From assembly GCA_977030845.1 (NCBI GenBank), contig OZ365118.1, positions 3,596,001-3,660,000 of the forward strand: DNA of 64,000 bases, written 5' to 3'. The notes beneath the pieces were generated by a model. It made no database searches. It saw nothing but the letters and a program-made list of their open reading frames with translations, and was not told the DNA's origin. The translations under genes and the position numbers were made by a program. This DNA is from Fimbriosthenelais zetlandica. Its lineage: Eukaryota. This document shows positions 1-13,300 of this stretch, piece by piece (positions within the stretch are counted from its first letter, which is position 1; each line of letters begins with the position of its first letter).

Positions 1-3000
1 GGTAAACATGCCTCTCATTTACCTGTTTGCTGGCAGTAAGCATTCATTTTGCCTCCACCTTTGAAGTACTTATTGTACGAGCTATGCCCCTGCTTCCCTT
101 TCAGCCACGGTTGTTGGGATTACTCAGGAAGGTGGTAATTGCTTCTTAAATGTTGACTTAACCTGTTTCTCAATACATGTAGATGCTTTTGTTAAGGGGT
201 CAAGTTTTCGGGGCAATCTTCTCACCATTTAACCCCCTCAATTGCCCCTCTAAGATGTCCACAGGTAATTTTGGAGCTATTTCCAGGTGAATCAAAGCTT
301 GACAGGTTTAAACAGATACCCGTGACCCGGTCCCTGGTGTAAGAGCCATTCTCCCCGCTGATTGCCACTTTTGTTTTGGGATTTATTTTGGGTAGAAACA
401 TCTCACATTTCAAGGTATGCATTATTTGATCCTCAAGGGACAAAGATGTTTTACAAGCGATTTGATTGACCTGGGGCATGTTCCTGAAAAGATCTTTCAT
501 CCCAACAACACATAAAGTTATCATTGACAATTGATGGACAGCTTCTTTTCATGAAACTCTCTGAAGAGCAGTAGATACTTGTGAATTTCAAATGCCCGAT
601 GAAAGTCCCATTGGGTTTGAGCATAAAAGATGTTTTAAAGGTAAAACGTGTGATGTACTTTCACCTAATGCAGGCCTGGCCTAAAACCTGGCTTTGATGT
701 TGGATAATTGCCCTGGAAACAGATAACCATCCTCTGTTTATTAGGAAATATGAAAACCGAGTTGGGACCGTAATGAACACTTTAAACCGAACTTAAATGA
801 ATTAAAATCCAGCGAATCGAAAATAAAATTTGTTGCATGAATCAAAGATGATGAGAGACGATCGAGTGCGCTTGGTGAATACACATGATTTTATTCTGAT
901 AGCAATGCAAAACCCAGTCTCCATTTTCACAGTATAATTATACAAGAGTTCATTTCAATCTCATGTCAGTTTCCAGAGAGAATTTTAGTCAGGATATCTG
1001 ATTCTGAACTCGTATCTTAAATAAATAGGAAACAAGTGCACGAGGGACATGCACTGACGAGTCTAAAGCTGTAAAACTATTCCTAAAGATCAGACAACAA
1101 AGTGTCTCTTATATTTGGTGCCTTGCCTGTTCGTGCTTCCCTGCTAAATCCCTCTTTCACCACGGTTTCTAAACAGGAAGAAGCATATATTACCGGAGCT
1201 GGTTGAATGCACTGATCTATAATACCAGCTGGTGTATGCTATGACCCTGCATGTTTGGTGACTCTGCTTCTGTGCCAGTCTAAGCTCTCCTTTCACCACA
1301 TATAACATACATGCAAAGCAAAGACAATCTGACTGCAATTACAATGGGCTATGGCTGACAAAAAAATTGGGAACAATTCCAGCTTTGCACTCGGGAAAAT
1401 CAAAATGTATTGATGCAAGACCATTCTTTTTCAAAATTGGAATGAGAAATTTGTTCCCGGGTGCAGTGGTGTTGGTGATTTAGATAAATGGGCGTTTAGC
1501 AGAGCACAGTGTAAAATATTCAACGTTTATGTACAGGTTAATGGTGAAATAACTGTACATAACTCTGACGCTTCCCACTGATTTATTTAACTAGCTTCAG
1601 GCCTCCTGATTGCACAGAGACACTAAAGTATATCAGATACATATTGCACGAGTTTAATACCCACAATATACGGAACTTTTCTGGTAAAACAGATATATCT
1701 AAATTGAAATTTCTTCAGAAATCATTTGGCATGATTGTCAATGTAGGGGAAGGAATAGAGTATAGGTTTACCTATAACGATGCATTCATACGAGTCTTTT
1801 TATTAATATTGCCCGGTTATTATAGGCCTTTTATGAATGAAGAAGTTTATTAGGGGATTCCTAGCGGCTGGTGGTATTAATTAGAAAGTAAAGCCTTAAT
1901 GACGACCCTCTAATGAAGACTAGTCAGAAATAATTGTCCGTGGAGCCCCAGGCCCTCGTCAGTGCACGTGTGGCCCCATGCTTTATCACCTATAGAGGAA
2001 TTAAAGCTGGATTTACAATAGTCATGGTTACATGGTGACTTGATATTATCACACTTATATCTCTCATATACTCCCCCACTCTCTCACTCATCATCTCTCT
2101 CATTATACACGCCTCTACTTTACATATGATCATCATTACAGTGGAGAATATATATAATGACAATGATAAAGATCGCTCTTAATTTATAAAGTCCTAAAGT
2201 GGGCGTGGAATTCATGCTCAAATAATTATGAATCTAAGAATTATGTAATATATAAGAGGGAGGAGGTGTATACCTATACCATTTGACTATATCATCTGCC
2301 AAAACATTCATTCAGAAAAATAATGAAAAACAATGAAAATTGTCTAAAGGAATCACGAGAAGTAAGGAAGTTTTACAATCTAATGATTATCTTAGCTATA
2401 ACAGAAGCATCACCTTAAGTTCACTAATACTAAATCATATAATGGTAGTGTATATTGCTAGTTGATGATAACACAGACATCCCATGGGGTCTATGAAGCT
2501 GTGGACACCCTACACCCCATCCTCAGCCTGTCTGTCTGTGCCAAACGTGATAGAACGATGGCCAGAAGGGGGATCTATACACATAGACTGTACACCTGTA
2601 TCCCTCACAGACTCACCTTACCCCAGCCCCGAGCTGGCAGACATTAGTACAGTCTATAGGTGGAATATCAACTCACAAAAACACAAACTTTTTATATTTC
2701 ATTTCCCTTTGCCCTCTGGTCTATAAGGCTTTCAATCCACTTGGATCATTAACCTTTGTGAATGTCCTCCCATTTTTCATCTGTATTTCATAATATTTGT
2801 TTCTGTAATTTTAATGGTCTTATCCCTGCAGCAATTGTTGGTAATAATACTGCCGCTTTGTGAATAATTCCCCAAAGAGGTATTTATCTTGAGAGGAAAT
2901 TTTTCCTCCGAGATCAAAGCATTCATGGAAAGTGAATTCAGGTGGCGTGTTGGATTTCTTATCCTCCAGCTATACTCATTCGCCATGTTTCACTGCGTCA

Positions 3001-4573
3001 GATATTCTGAGGGTGTATTAAAATTGTCAGGGATATACATAAGTCAAATTCAGAACAATATAAAGACACTCGAAATCTGGGTCGGAAAACAAAGAAAAGA
3101 TTCAAGGCTCGCTTCAAAAAAGTCAATCAATCCTGAGATCCACCATGGACAGGTACTAGTACATGCCCTCAGGCATGCTGACTAGATTCATGGTAACATT
3201 TTGGTTATTAGCTCGTCATCATATTAAAATATGGATGTTTGTTGTAATTCAACTCCATGGAAGTGTCCGGGGTAAGGTATAACGTGTAAATAGCCATTTA
3301 TCATACATGCATGGGTTGCTTTTATTGAAAGTCAAGACACATGCATGACAAGTCCCTAGTATGGTGTACATGCCTCAAGGAACCTCGCTTTACATGCTTT
3401 TTTGGCATCGCACTAAAGTGAACTTTCACAGCTAGAAATTCAAGCCATTTATCAATTGATTCCAGGGACGTATCACCCAAAACATACATTCAGCTCAATA
3501 AAATCTGCTTTGTTCTGCTATGCAATTATAGTTATCACAGATTTCGCTTGGCTGACCACAGAATCACTGAGGTGGACACAGCAACAAGGGGCATTTGTGA
3601 GAGGCTAACATGTGGTTTCCCATAGCTTCCACAATAGATTCCAGAATGTCGTTTTGGTCTGGAATCTGAGGCAGTGGGTGGCTGGGTGGCTGGGTGGCAG
3701 GGAGGGCGACATGTTGTGGTTCTTTTAGCAGCTCTCCAAATGTTGCTCGTCATAATTAATCTGAACCCAATATGGGCAATGTTTTTGCGGGACAGGTGTT
3801 GGTAAGGATCCTTCAATGGGGATTCAAGTACCAAATAAAAGTATTTTTTAATCTCTGGTTCCTATTCTGGCAAAGAAAAACGACCAAGCCAATGTTCTCC
3901 CATTAATCTTTCGTCTAAATTATCATCGTAAAATTCCTTAAATTCATGGAGATATATGTGGAAAATATTCTCGGAATCACTTTAGTTAATCGGCTTATAC
4001 TTCAAGGGCTAAGTTATAATAGGAAATAGGCATTAAATTAAATGTATTTTGTCAAAAGTGTTAGTACAAAGAGAGAGAGAGGAAGGTAAATAGGGACTGG
4101 GGGCAGTCAGGTATAGTCATTCCCTGGTCACACATTTAACTGCTGTCTGTCCTCAATCGATAGCGGAAGCATGCGTATTTAAACAGTTTTGCTGAAACTC
4201 GATGCGGGTTTTTAATTATTCATCTTGCGTTTAAAGATGGGCGTTTGGTGCACGAATCTCGCGTTTCACGGGTTCACACTTTGTTCTCTCTCTCCCTCTG
4301 TCCACCCTCTATGTCTTACACACCCGCTCTGACCTTTTCTATGTTGGTCAAGTTCTCTAAACTTTACAAGTTTCGTGACTTTGAAGCGATCCCGCACAAT
4401 AATTGAGAAGCGGCTGGGAACATTAGGGTACAATGTTTGGCCAGAGGTGTCACATGCAGGCAGGGATCAAAGGTGTGTCTGAGGTGAGAAGCTCTGGTTT
4501 CAAAGCTCCATCTCCATCTAACCTGTCTGTATTGTCATAATCTTTTTCTATTTGATTAAAACTCGATTTTCAA

Positions 4574-4990
4574 AATGTTCTGAGATCGGAGTCAATGACT
4601 CTTGAGTCGGATCTTCCATTTGCCATAACTGCAAACTGTATGGTGAAGGACAGTTGGACTGCATTAGGCACCGCTTAGCCTACAGTGACTGACTTCTTGT
4701 TGACGAACCAAAGACTCAAGTTTCAATTTTTCTCTGCATGGCTTCCTTTTGTTCCATCACTTCCGAGAACTGGTGAAGCCACAATTTAGTCTACTTCAGA
4801 CACTGGTCGGGAGTCAAACTTCTTGTGTATGAACAAGAGATTCAATTCTCACAATGTTCTGAGATGGAGTGAACGACTCTTGAGTCATGGCTTCTATTCG
4901 TTCCCATCATTTGTCTGTGAACTGGACTCCATTAGCCACAGCTTATAGGTCTGTAGCGGGACTTGTTGTGGACGAGTTCGGACTAAGGTT
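4574..4990. repeat. Mosaic degenerate tandem duplication (period about 130-280 bp)
   Basis: aatgttctgagat..gactcttgagtc at 4574 and 4853; acttcttgt..gaac at 4693 and 4819 (weaker at 4961); catggcttc..gttc..catca..gaactgg at 4737 and 4886. Confidence 0.75.
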
Positions 4991-5244
4991 GAGTGATAAT
5001 TGTAGTAAATCTGAACACCCCCGCGGGCTTTAATCCCATCAGACGGGTGCATGTCACCCTGATCAAACAACCAGCTCATATTTACTGCCATTCTAAGCCG
5101 AAAATTATAAACCCCACTTAAACCCGCCAACATCCGGGTGAGATCATGACAAGCCTTGAAAAACTGGTCAAGTTGAGGTTCTCTACCATTGAGAAATATA
5201 CCATATGTGGGTTTTTTTTCTGTGGGAAATTGTTGGAATTTCAT
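4894..5244 (-). mobile_element. Decayed ORF resembling the C-terminal half of a retroelement-associated SGNH/esterase domain
   Basis: 116-aa ORF containing LTRMLAGLSGVYNFRLRMAVNMSWLFDQGDMHPSDG...QIYYN, loosely similar to SGNH block V (DGxHPS/N..G) in ORF1 of some LINE/DIRS-type elements. Recall-based only. Confidence 0.28.
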
Positions 5245-6460
5245 TGATTCTTATCTGTATGAAAAATCTTCGGATATTGCTTCATGATTTGGAAATGTAG
5301 TTCCAATCAATGTTTTTCTATTTCAATGCAATGTGGTCTAGCTCAATTGCATGTAAATCATATGATTCTCGCCTTGATATGGCCTATAGGTAATATTTAA
5401 AAAAAAAAAATTATCAAAAATCACTGGAAAAAGGCACAATAGGATCAATGTGAAGCACCCATGTATACAGGTATGCACTATTACCCCTACCCTCATTATC
5501 TGTCCCGTACATTGTATGGTAACCACCCCTATAGGTTACCTGGGTCGCCTCGCATGTCAGCTGGCCTTACAGCCATTTTAACATTCACTGAAAACAATGT
5601 AAAACACCTGTCTGCATTCTTGTGGTGCTGGTGGCAGGGAGGCAGATAGGGGACACTGATAGGAGTTAGCTATCAAATATTTAAAACATACCATATCACG
5701 CAACTCCTCTCTTCCCCGCATTGTTTCCAGTGCTTCCATTCATAGAATGAGGGAAATTTGCTCCAGTATATAGGGGTTAGTAGGCCTATATGGTGGTGGG
5801 GTACCCAGGGAATCAATATGGAATTCACCCAGATATTCTGAATTAATGAATGAATGACGATTTAACGCCTTGTCGGCAGCTTAAGCTATCTTTCACCGAT
5901 ATTTTAATCTTAGATTGATACCTCGACTATTGTTCAGAGGTAGTGTCCCATGTGTTTTCAATCCCTTACGGATTATGGCAATCAGGGTAATGGGGATAGG
6001 GAGATCAGGTTCACCTCCGACTGAGACAGAACTAATTGTTCATAAACTGTGACCTTACTGACTCATCCTGCAATCATCATTCTACCTTTTTACATCAGCT
6101 TCCTCTCCATTCTCCCACCTCACACCCTCCGGCTAGGACCTCACCATGTACCCCCCCCCCCGCCCCCAACCCACCCCCTCCAAGCCCCGGCTAAAAACAA
6201 AGTGACACCTCCAGGGGGAGACTATTTTGGAGGATAAAGCCCACGCCCCACACCCACACCCCCGGCGTGATGTGAGAGGGCAATGTGCATGTCGCAGTCT
6301 CATCAACCCACGCCCCACAATCCCATGGTATTTTGAGGGTATTAAGAAAAATTGAGACCCCCGTTTGGGGTGCTCATAGGGCCCTGGTGTAGTTTAGGGA
6401 GTGCCCACACATGGACTGGGCAGATTGGGGAGGACATTGGACTGTAGCCTGCAGTCATTG

Positions 6461-6720
6461 AGATGGCGGCTACCAGGCCTTCACGTCACTGTATATATGC
6501 GGTGACAGTCTAATCCTTTCTTTATGGTCTCACTGGGAAAGTTATGGAGCAGAAAAGCCAGGTTTCATCTCGCCCTCATCCAAACAAAGCGAGATGAGCC
6601 TCAGGCATCCTACACAAGCTGGCCACCGCGCAGGCGTCACCAAATGAGCAGCCAATCACATCAAGAGGTGGTGTCACGTGGCAAATTAGTTCCGAGTTTG
6701 TGTTAGGAGGGCGGGTCTTG
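6461..6720. promoter_or_regulatory. Promoter-like motif cluster with no identified gene
   Basis: YY1-like AGATGGCGGC (6461), CRE-like CACGTCA (6482), NRF1-like GCGCAGGCG (6628), AGCCAATCA (6650), USF-type GTCACGTGG (6673), GGGCGG (6709); locally CpG-richer than its flanks. Confidence 0.45.
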
Positions 6721-7291
6721 GTTCTGATCAGGAATGAAATATCGATTGAAGATTCCAGGCCTTCTGTCCTCACCCTGACCTTTTTTTATACCCCTCCACT
6801 TCCTCCCACGTGCTTAAAACAGGCCTGGGTTGTGGAATTGCCATTTGATCAAACGAAAATAAATCACGTCGACACTTCCTTATTGTAGTTTTGATTAATA
6901 ACAACATCCACCATTTAATCAGGCCTCTGACATGGCGTTTTTAATCTATAATGGATGAGGCTGTCTTGTTCAGTAAATGCCCGGGTACAATATCAAGATT
7001 ATATATAGTAAAAGCTTGTCTTGTGACGGGCACAGGTTTGGTTATGATAGCTTAGGATGCTCCATATGAGTCATTTAAGGCATACTCCAGCATCGATCCC
7101 CATCCTCGGCTTGGCCTCCGGGATAAGCAGTAATGAACGGTAGGGTTTTTTTAGAACAAAGGAAGAGCTGATCAATGCTATCACCTTGCTGTTAGAGCGC
7201 CTCACACTCGTTATGTGTTACACACTATCTCCCGACGTGTAACCAAGCTAGAGGTGAGACATGGATCGAAAACGCCCCGAGGGCTGAGGCT

Positions 7292-7337
7292 GGGGAGAGG
7301 GGGGGGGGCGGGGGGGGGGGGGCGGGGGGGGGGAGGG
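7292..7337. repeat. Poly-G tract
   Basis: About 46 nt, nearly all G. Similar G/C homopolymers at 6151, 15068, 15869, 40938, 44544 and 57705. Confidence 0.9.
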
Positions 7338-10300
7338 TGTCTATGAACCATATCAAGCAGGTGGCTTCATGTTTGAGGGAACATTATCCATGGGAACATG
7401 TTCAAGGCCAAGGTTTCAGATTCATTAGATGCTCTAAGATGTTACAAGATAAGACCAACTCAAGGTTAAAATCTTATATCAACAATACACATTATAGATC
7501 TAGTGGGCTAGCCCTTGAGTCACTAAATTATATAATGATTAGTATATTACAGCCCCTTTCTTGTGCTCCTTACCCATTGGAAATGCTTTCTTAAGGATGG
7601 TAGATTCTATGATTCCTTTGTCAAAGTTTATTGTACTGAAGAGAATAAAACATGTTGACTCCGGTCTTCATGTCTTCATGTCTCATGAAGTTCAGATACT
7701 TCAACTCAATGTGTGTAATAAACAGGCAAAAAATAAGATTCATACGCATCTCTCTTCAGCGAGTCAATATTAAAATTTGACAATGAGTCAAAGAAACAGT
7801 ATGTTAAAAACATCTGATCAAAGTCTTCAGTACATCGGTATTGAGTTTGTAGGTACAAAAACATACGGTAATACGGACCACAAATGCATCATACAGGTAG
7901 ATTAGAAAGTGTCATTCTAAAATAGCAACCATAAATTTAACATATTTTTCTTTGATAATCAAAAAAAGCATCAACGAATTTCTATTCAAGGACCATTGAG
8001 CCTTGAAGTATATAATCTAACTATAGTCAAAAAGAATGTTTGTTACACATATTTTGTCAGGTAAAATCGGTTTAAAAGTATCAGATCATAAACCACGTTA
8101 GCACTTCAATGTTTCCCCCTCATTTTCCTGGTGGGTCTATTAAATGTTAAGGCCTATATACCACCTTATCTAGGCCCCCCTTCACTAACCCAGCCAGCCC
8201 TGGATCCACCCTACCATCCCCCTATCCCAGCTTATCTATCTTCCATTTCGCCTGCTTGTTGATATTGGATTATTGATTCCATTCACTGGGAGGCACTTCT
8301 GTTGGTGGTGGGATTAGTATTTTTAAGGGAAATAAATCATGAATAATTAGGCTGGTATTAATAAGGGCGAGCAGCTCCTGTGGATATGGCGGGTCATAGA
8401 GCTGCTCCTCAGGGAAGATAGCACGTGGAGGATCCCCTATATGCACATTGACTGGAGGCGGGTAGATGGGAGGTTTATGTGCATTATTAGCCTCCATGTT
8501 TGTTATGCATTATTAAAGGCACGAGCTCAGGTGAATGGCCTTAAATATCGTTCATTATTTACAGCCTCATCGGCTACAGAGGGCACTTTGTGAGCTGGCT
8601 AATTTGCCCATCAAGGCAATCGGGGACTTGAGGCCTGCCTGCTAGCGGGTGATATGTCACTTTACCTCAGGTATATATACTCATTATTATCATATTTAGT
8701 AGCAAACTTCCCATGCTTGCATGCAGCCTCACTCCAAGTGTAAAGGCTGGCCTCCACTGCTGTGATCTTTCCAGCGACAAAGATGATGTTTGTGTCGCAA
8801 TGAGAAATGCACCATTGGACCATAGCCTTACATCCTTGGATGCTTCAACCAGAACTTATACATTTTATTGCGACAAACCTTGGTATGTCTTAGGACGCTT
8901 CAATGACAATATATTGCTCCAATCACAATTTATTGCGGCAAGCATAGGCCTAACCTTTGTCGCAGTAGTGTCACAAGCACAATGGCAGCCGTGGAGCAGT
9001 GGTTTAAGCCATGTTCCCTCACAGTATCATTTGGGGACATGTACTGACTCCTCCTATAAGTGATAAGCTATAGGAAGTGAGCAATCCATTCTCATCCATT
9101 GCTCTGTGAACTATCACATGTGGATGATTGTGAGTGTATGCTGCCCCTGTCTTATAATACCAACCTGCCTCACCCCACATTCACAATTCTATTAGTGGAA
9201 TTTCCTGAGGGATCGGGGAGGGCCTGGCCACTTCCCAAGCCTGGCCCCCCTGGCTAAATCACATGGTAGTCACATATGCCAATGCATAATTCAATTTTTC
9301 TTTAAAGGGGGACATTTCTATTCAGCCTTCCGCAAGAGAGCCAGGGGCTACGGAGGGACCACATGGAAGGGACGGCAGGGCCTGAGGCAAGGATTTCATG
9401 TTTTTAAAGAAAATAGATGGCAGGAAGGACGGGGCGGGCCATCTATAGATTTATATGATTACAGCATTTTTGTCGACTTCGCCTCATTCTTTTGACATGT
9501 GATTAATGTCAGCAATAGTTCCGACTTATGCAGCTGTGAAATGACTTCCCTTCTGAAGTGTTTTTGACTTTTCATTCTGGCTTGTTAATCATATTCCAGC
9601 CATGATGAATTCGAAATGGAATCTGAATTCGAAATAGAATCTTTAATGTTGTGTAAGCTAGGGCTACTGCAAAATCATTGGCTGATATTACGGACCAATT
9701 TTTGGACTGCATGTGACAGGGAATTGTACATATATTTTGTATGATTTTGTCTCTTGTTCACATCTATATGGAGGCGTTTGGGGGACTTTTTTTGAGACAT
9801 TTGAGAGGGAGGAAGGCGGGATATAAGAAGAGCCTCTCGTATGTTGGAGTATCAGTAATGAGTGGACAGTACCATTTTAGACCTGGACAGGAGATGTCTT
9901 CCCCACCCTCTCATCATCAACCCCTTAACCCTCAAGTCCTTCATCACTCCACCCAGACTTGCCAAAGTCTCCGATAATAAATTATTTTTATATTAATCAT
10001 TAAATATTTCATTTATAAGCATTGGAATCTTCTGATAAATTAGAGTTAGTTTTCACCACACAAGTGTCTATGGTTGGATCAAATATAAGGGATATAGACT
10101 TGCTATATGGGTTCTATATAAAGCATGATATGAGAATATTGTTCTGTTTCGGGGAGGGAGCTAGTTGAGGTTAGAAGGAGTAGCTCCTCCTGGCAGTCAG
10201 ACGTGATAGGCTCCGTGTGTTCACGCCAGCTTCTCCCTGTCATGCTTTACTGCCCAATAAACGCACTCAGTATCCTTGTAATGCAAATAACTGAAGGTAA

Positions 10301-13300
10301 TCGATCAGAGGCAGGCTTCCTCCCAGCCCTTCATTAGAGTCCGGCCCTGCCCCGCTCCTCGCTCTATAGTACGACATTTGTCAGCTGCAGTTCACGCCAG
10401 CCATCCCTTCTCACGACAATTAAACAAATTAACATTTCCTCTGATCCATCTCCCGCTCTTTTCGGTACATATAAAAGGGCTGACTCCTGTAGAGAAATGC
10501 TCCTGTGTGGGAGTATTGTCTATTACACAGTGCTCGACAAATTAGAATTTGACTCACGCTGCTGGCTTAATTGTGCAGAAGCTGCTTTAAATTCTTTTCC
10601 CAGAAGGCTGGCTTTGGGCATAGAATTCATCTTGTCTCTTTCAGCGGTTCAAACATATATAAAAGCACTTTTAGTTTTCAACTTGAGGAGGACAATATGC
10701 TTCAAAAATGACATGATTAACATTGGATAGAATCCTCTATATACAAGTGAGAATTCTCGCTGAAGATAATTGCGTGCCACCTAACATTAGGGATTCTGCT
10801 TAATAAGGTATTAATCAGACCTTTCAGAAAGCAGAGCATACCATGTTTGCCTGGTTCCATTTTCCTTTATATGTTTAAAATACCCCCATGAAAACCCCCT
10901 CCTTATAGAGTCCCAAAGGTGGTCGGGAGGAGCATTGTGTAACAAATGTTAGCATTCCTTCAGGTACGGGGTGACATAGTCTAACAAAGGCACAGTGATT
11001 TTTCAGCAGTAAGCATGCTTCGTGAACATGAGGGCTTTAAAAATTAGCATCTAATTCACAAGGTAGGCCGATCCCCTACAGCTGCAGGTCTTCAAACAGT
11101 TTTAAATTTAAATTAACAGCAAATTGCATTCTCCGTGCCAGCTCCAGTTTAGCCAGCGATTGGATTACCTATGACACGTTTAATCCTTATTCAAATTACA
11201 TGTCAGCAAGCAGACCCATGGGACTGCTTGCCACCTCTCTAGAGTACACACCATAGGCTACTGTAGGAATCCATTGGTAACTAGAGTTCTAACAATATTT
11301 GACTCGACCTGTTCCAAAAGAATGGAGAGCGACCCTACAAACAGAAAGTGTTTTTGTCTTGGCACATCGCGCAAGTAAATGTTAGAGGTGAATTGTAAAA
11401 CAAATTAGAAAGGCGCGATTAGGGACACTTGTTCTGCTTATATTTGTGTGGCAAGTGTCTGTGAGGTGCCAGCTTAAGTGGTTGAAGGAGTAGAAATATA
11501 AGATGGCACCCACAGTGTATAGCTCTTAGCAGAGCAGAGTCCAAAGCTCTTCAGGACCGCTGAAGGACCCTCCAATTGCCTATTGTAGCTTGTAAGCATA
11601 AGACCCAAGCACATACACACAAAGGCAAATGTTCCTTCCAGGAGTTCCCCTAATGGCTTTCATTACCAAGGCGGGCTAACTGAATGAATATCAAACGGCT
11701 AAGATTCATTAGCGTCCACAAAAAGTATATATATGTGCCTTTAGCGGTGGTGGTTAATAAAAGGCTTAGCCCCATAAGTGGCCATTGGAATAGTAAGCAG
11801 TGCATTGTCTTTTCAGCCAACCCCACTGGATTACTTACTGCCGCCCTGTTCAAGGCAAACGAAGCGACCTTGGCTCCAATGCCCATCTCTTGTAAGCCCT
11901 CTTTCTGGCTTGCTTTTCTCAAGACAAATGGCTTGGGCTGAGCATTGTGAAGTGCGGGTCGGCAATCAGTGGGCTATTTGAGGGAATGTTCTCTTCACAC
12001 ACATAAAGTATGAGGGATATTTCTACTCTTGTTCACTGTGTGGTGTATATATCCCTTCAGGTCCTGCTGGACACTAACACCAGAGATGGACACTGACCCC
12101 CTTGCCACTCACAATTCCTCTTTATTACATCTATTTTCCTCGCCTTGAAGAAACATGGGGAATGTGCATGTATTGTCTAGGCCGGGGCGCAGAGAGAAGA
12201 GGCAAGATTTATGTGAGCTACTCCTCTTGTATGGTGTCACATAAAAGAGCTTATACTTGTCCTTCAGTATCAGAATGTTGCTTCTGCTGTGTGGGAATCT
12301 GTATGGATCTCTAGTCATGTCAATCTGTGAAATATGCTTAGACCTAACAAAGAGAAATCCATACCTATACACTCGGTGCAGTGTTATGGCTTTACAAATA
12401 GAAAATGTACAACAATTCTTATCTACTTAGAAAATGTACTCAAGTTTCAGGCCGTTTCAAGATAGTTTCACGATTTTGTCTTCAATATCAATTTGGTATG
12501 AAACGGATAAGAATATTTAATTAACAGAATCGCGGTTGTGTTTGCATGTGGCAGACATTCACATATTTTAGATCTAGTATTTGTAGTACAACCAGTGTCA
12601 GGCTAGCATGGAATTTCATATTAATACACGCACCGATCTGGTCTGCTTATATTCATGCTGGGCTGTGCTGTTTCCATAGACAGCCTAAACTGTTATTTTT
12701 TGGTTCCTTCAATACCCTCATCCCCGGCTCCCACATGCAACACTACCTCACATCCAAGAGAACATATCAAATATTCCTCAAGATAACTCTGCTTAAAATT
12801 GGAAAATAAAACTTCCTCAGGCAGTAGGATTATCCAATTTTCTCTAAAGCAACTAGAAGATCGCATGACTAGCTGAGTTTGTAGAAACAATGAGAGGTTT
12901 GGCCAGTCAAACGGGGAAAGTTTCAATTGTATTAGTTTTCAATAGTACTGTAAGTAGTGCAGGCAAATGCATGTTTGCACCAGGCGTACGCTCCCAGGGA
13001 GTGAGTATTTTTTTTATATCATCCCCCAACACCCCAGAATTGCTCTATTATCTTTGACTGTGATAAGCCGCGGGCCTGGCGGGACTCTCTGACAATACTG
13101 GGCTTGCTGTAGCAGCTATCGGGTGGCTCTCGGATTTCCTATGTCAAAAAGGATGGTCTTATCTTGGTGCTACCACTCTGCTCCTGCCGCTCCTCTCAGC
13201 CCGGATATAATAGCTGGTGGGGGTGATAGCAATCACCCCCTCCATTCGTCAACTCCCTCTTTTTCCCCACACCCATCTCCCCTATCTCGTACGCTACCAC

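Noticed and set aside
1040-1080. Hammerhead ribozyme-like CTGACGAG (Penelope-type)
   Set aside because: Stem II 3' arm and the GAAA core are missing; at most a deleted relic. The same applies to the minus-strand gcactgacgag at about 1960.
2777-3185. Overlapping ORFs with faint OTU-protease (W-GG-x-EI) or Penelope endonuclease resemblance
   Set aside because: Needs several frameshifts, the catalytic motifs (GDGNC, GIY-YIG) are absent, and the two readings are mutually exclusive.
8985-9150. tRNA A-box-like GCCGTGGAGCAGTGGTTTAAG as a tRNA gene
   Set aside because: No B-box or cloverleaf; at best a very decayed SINE head.
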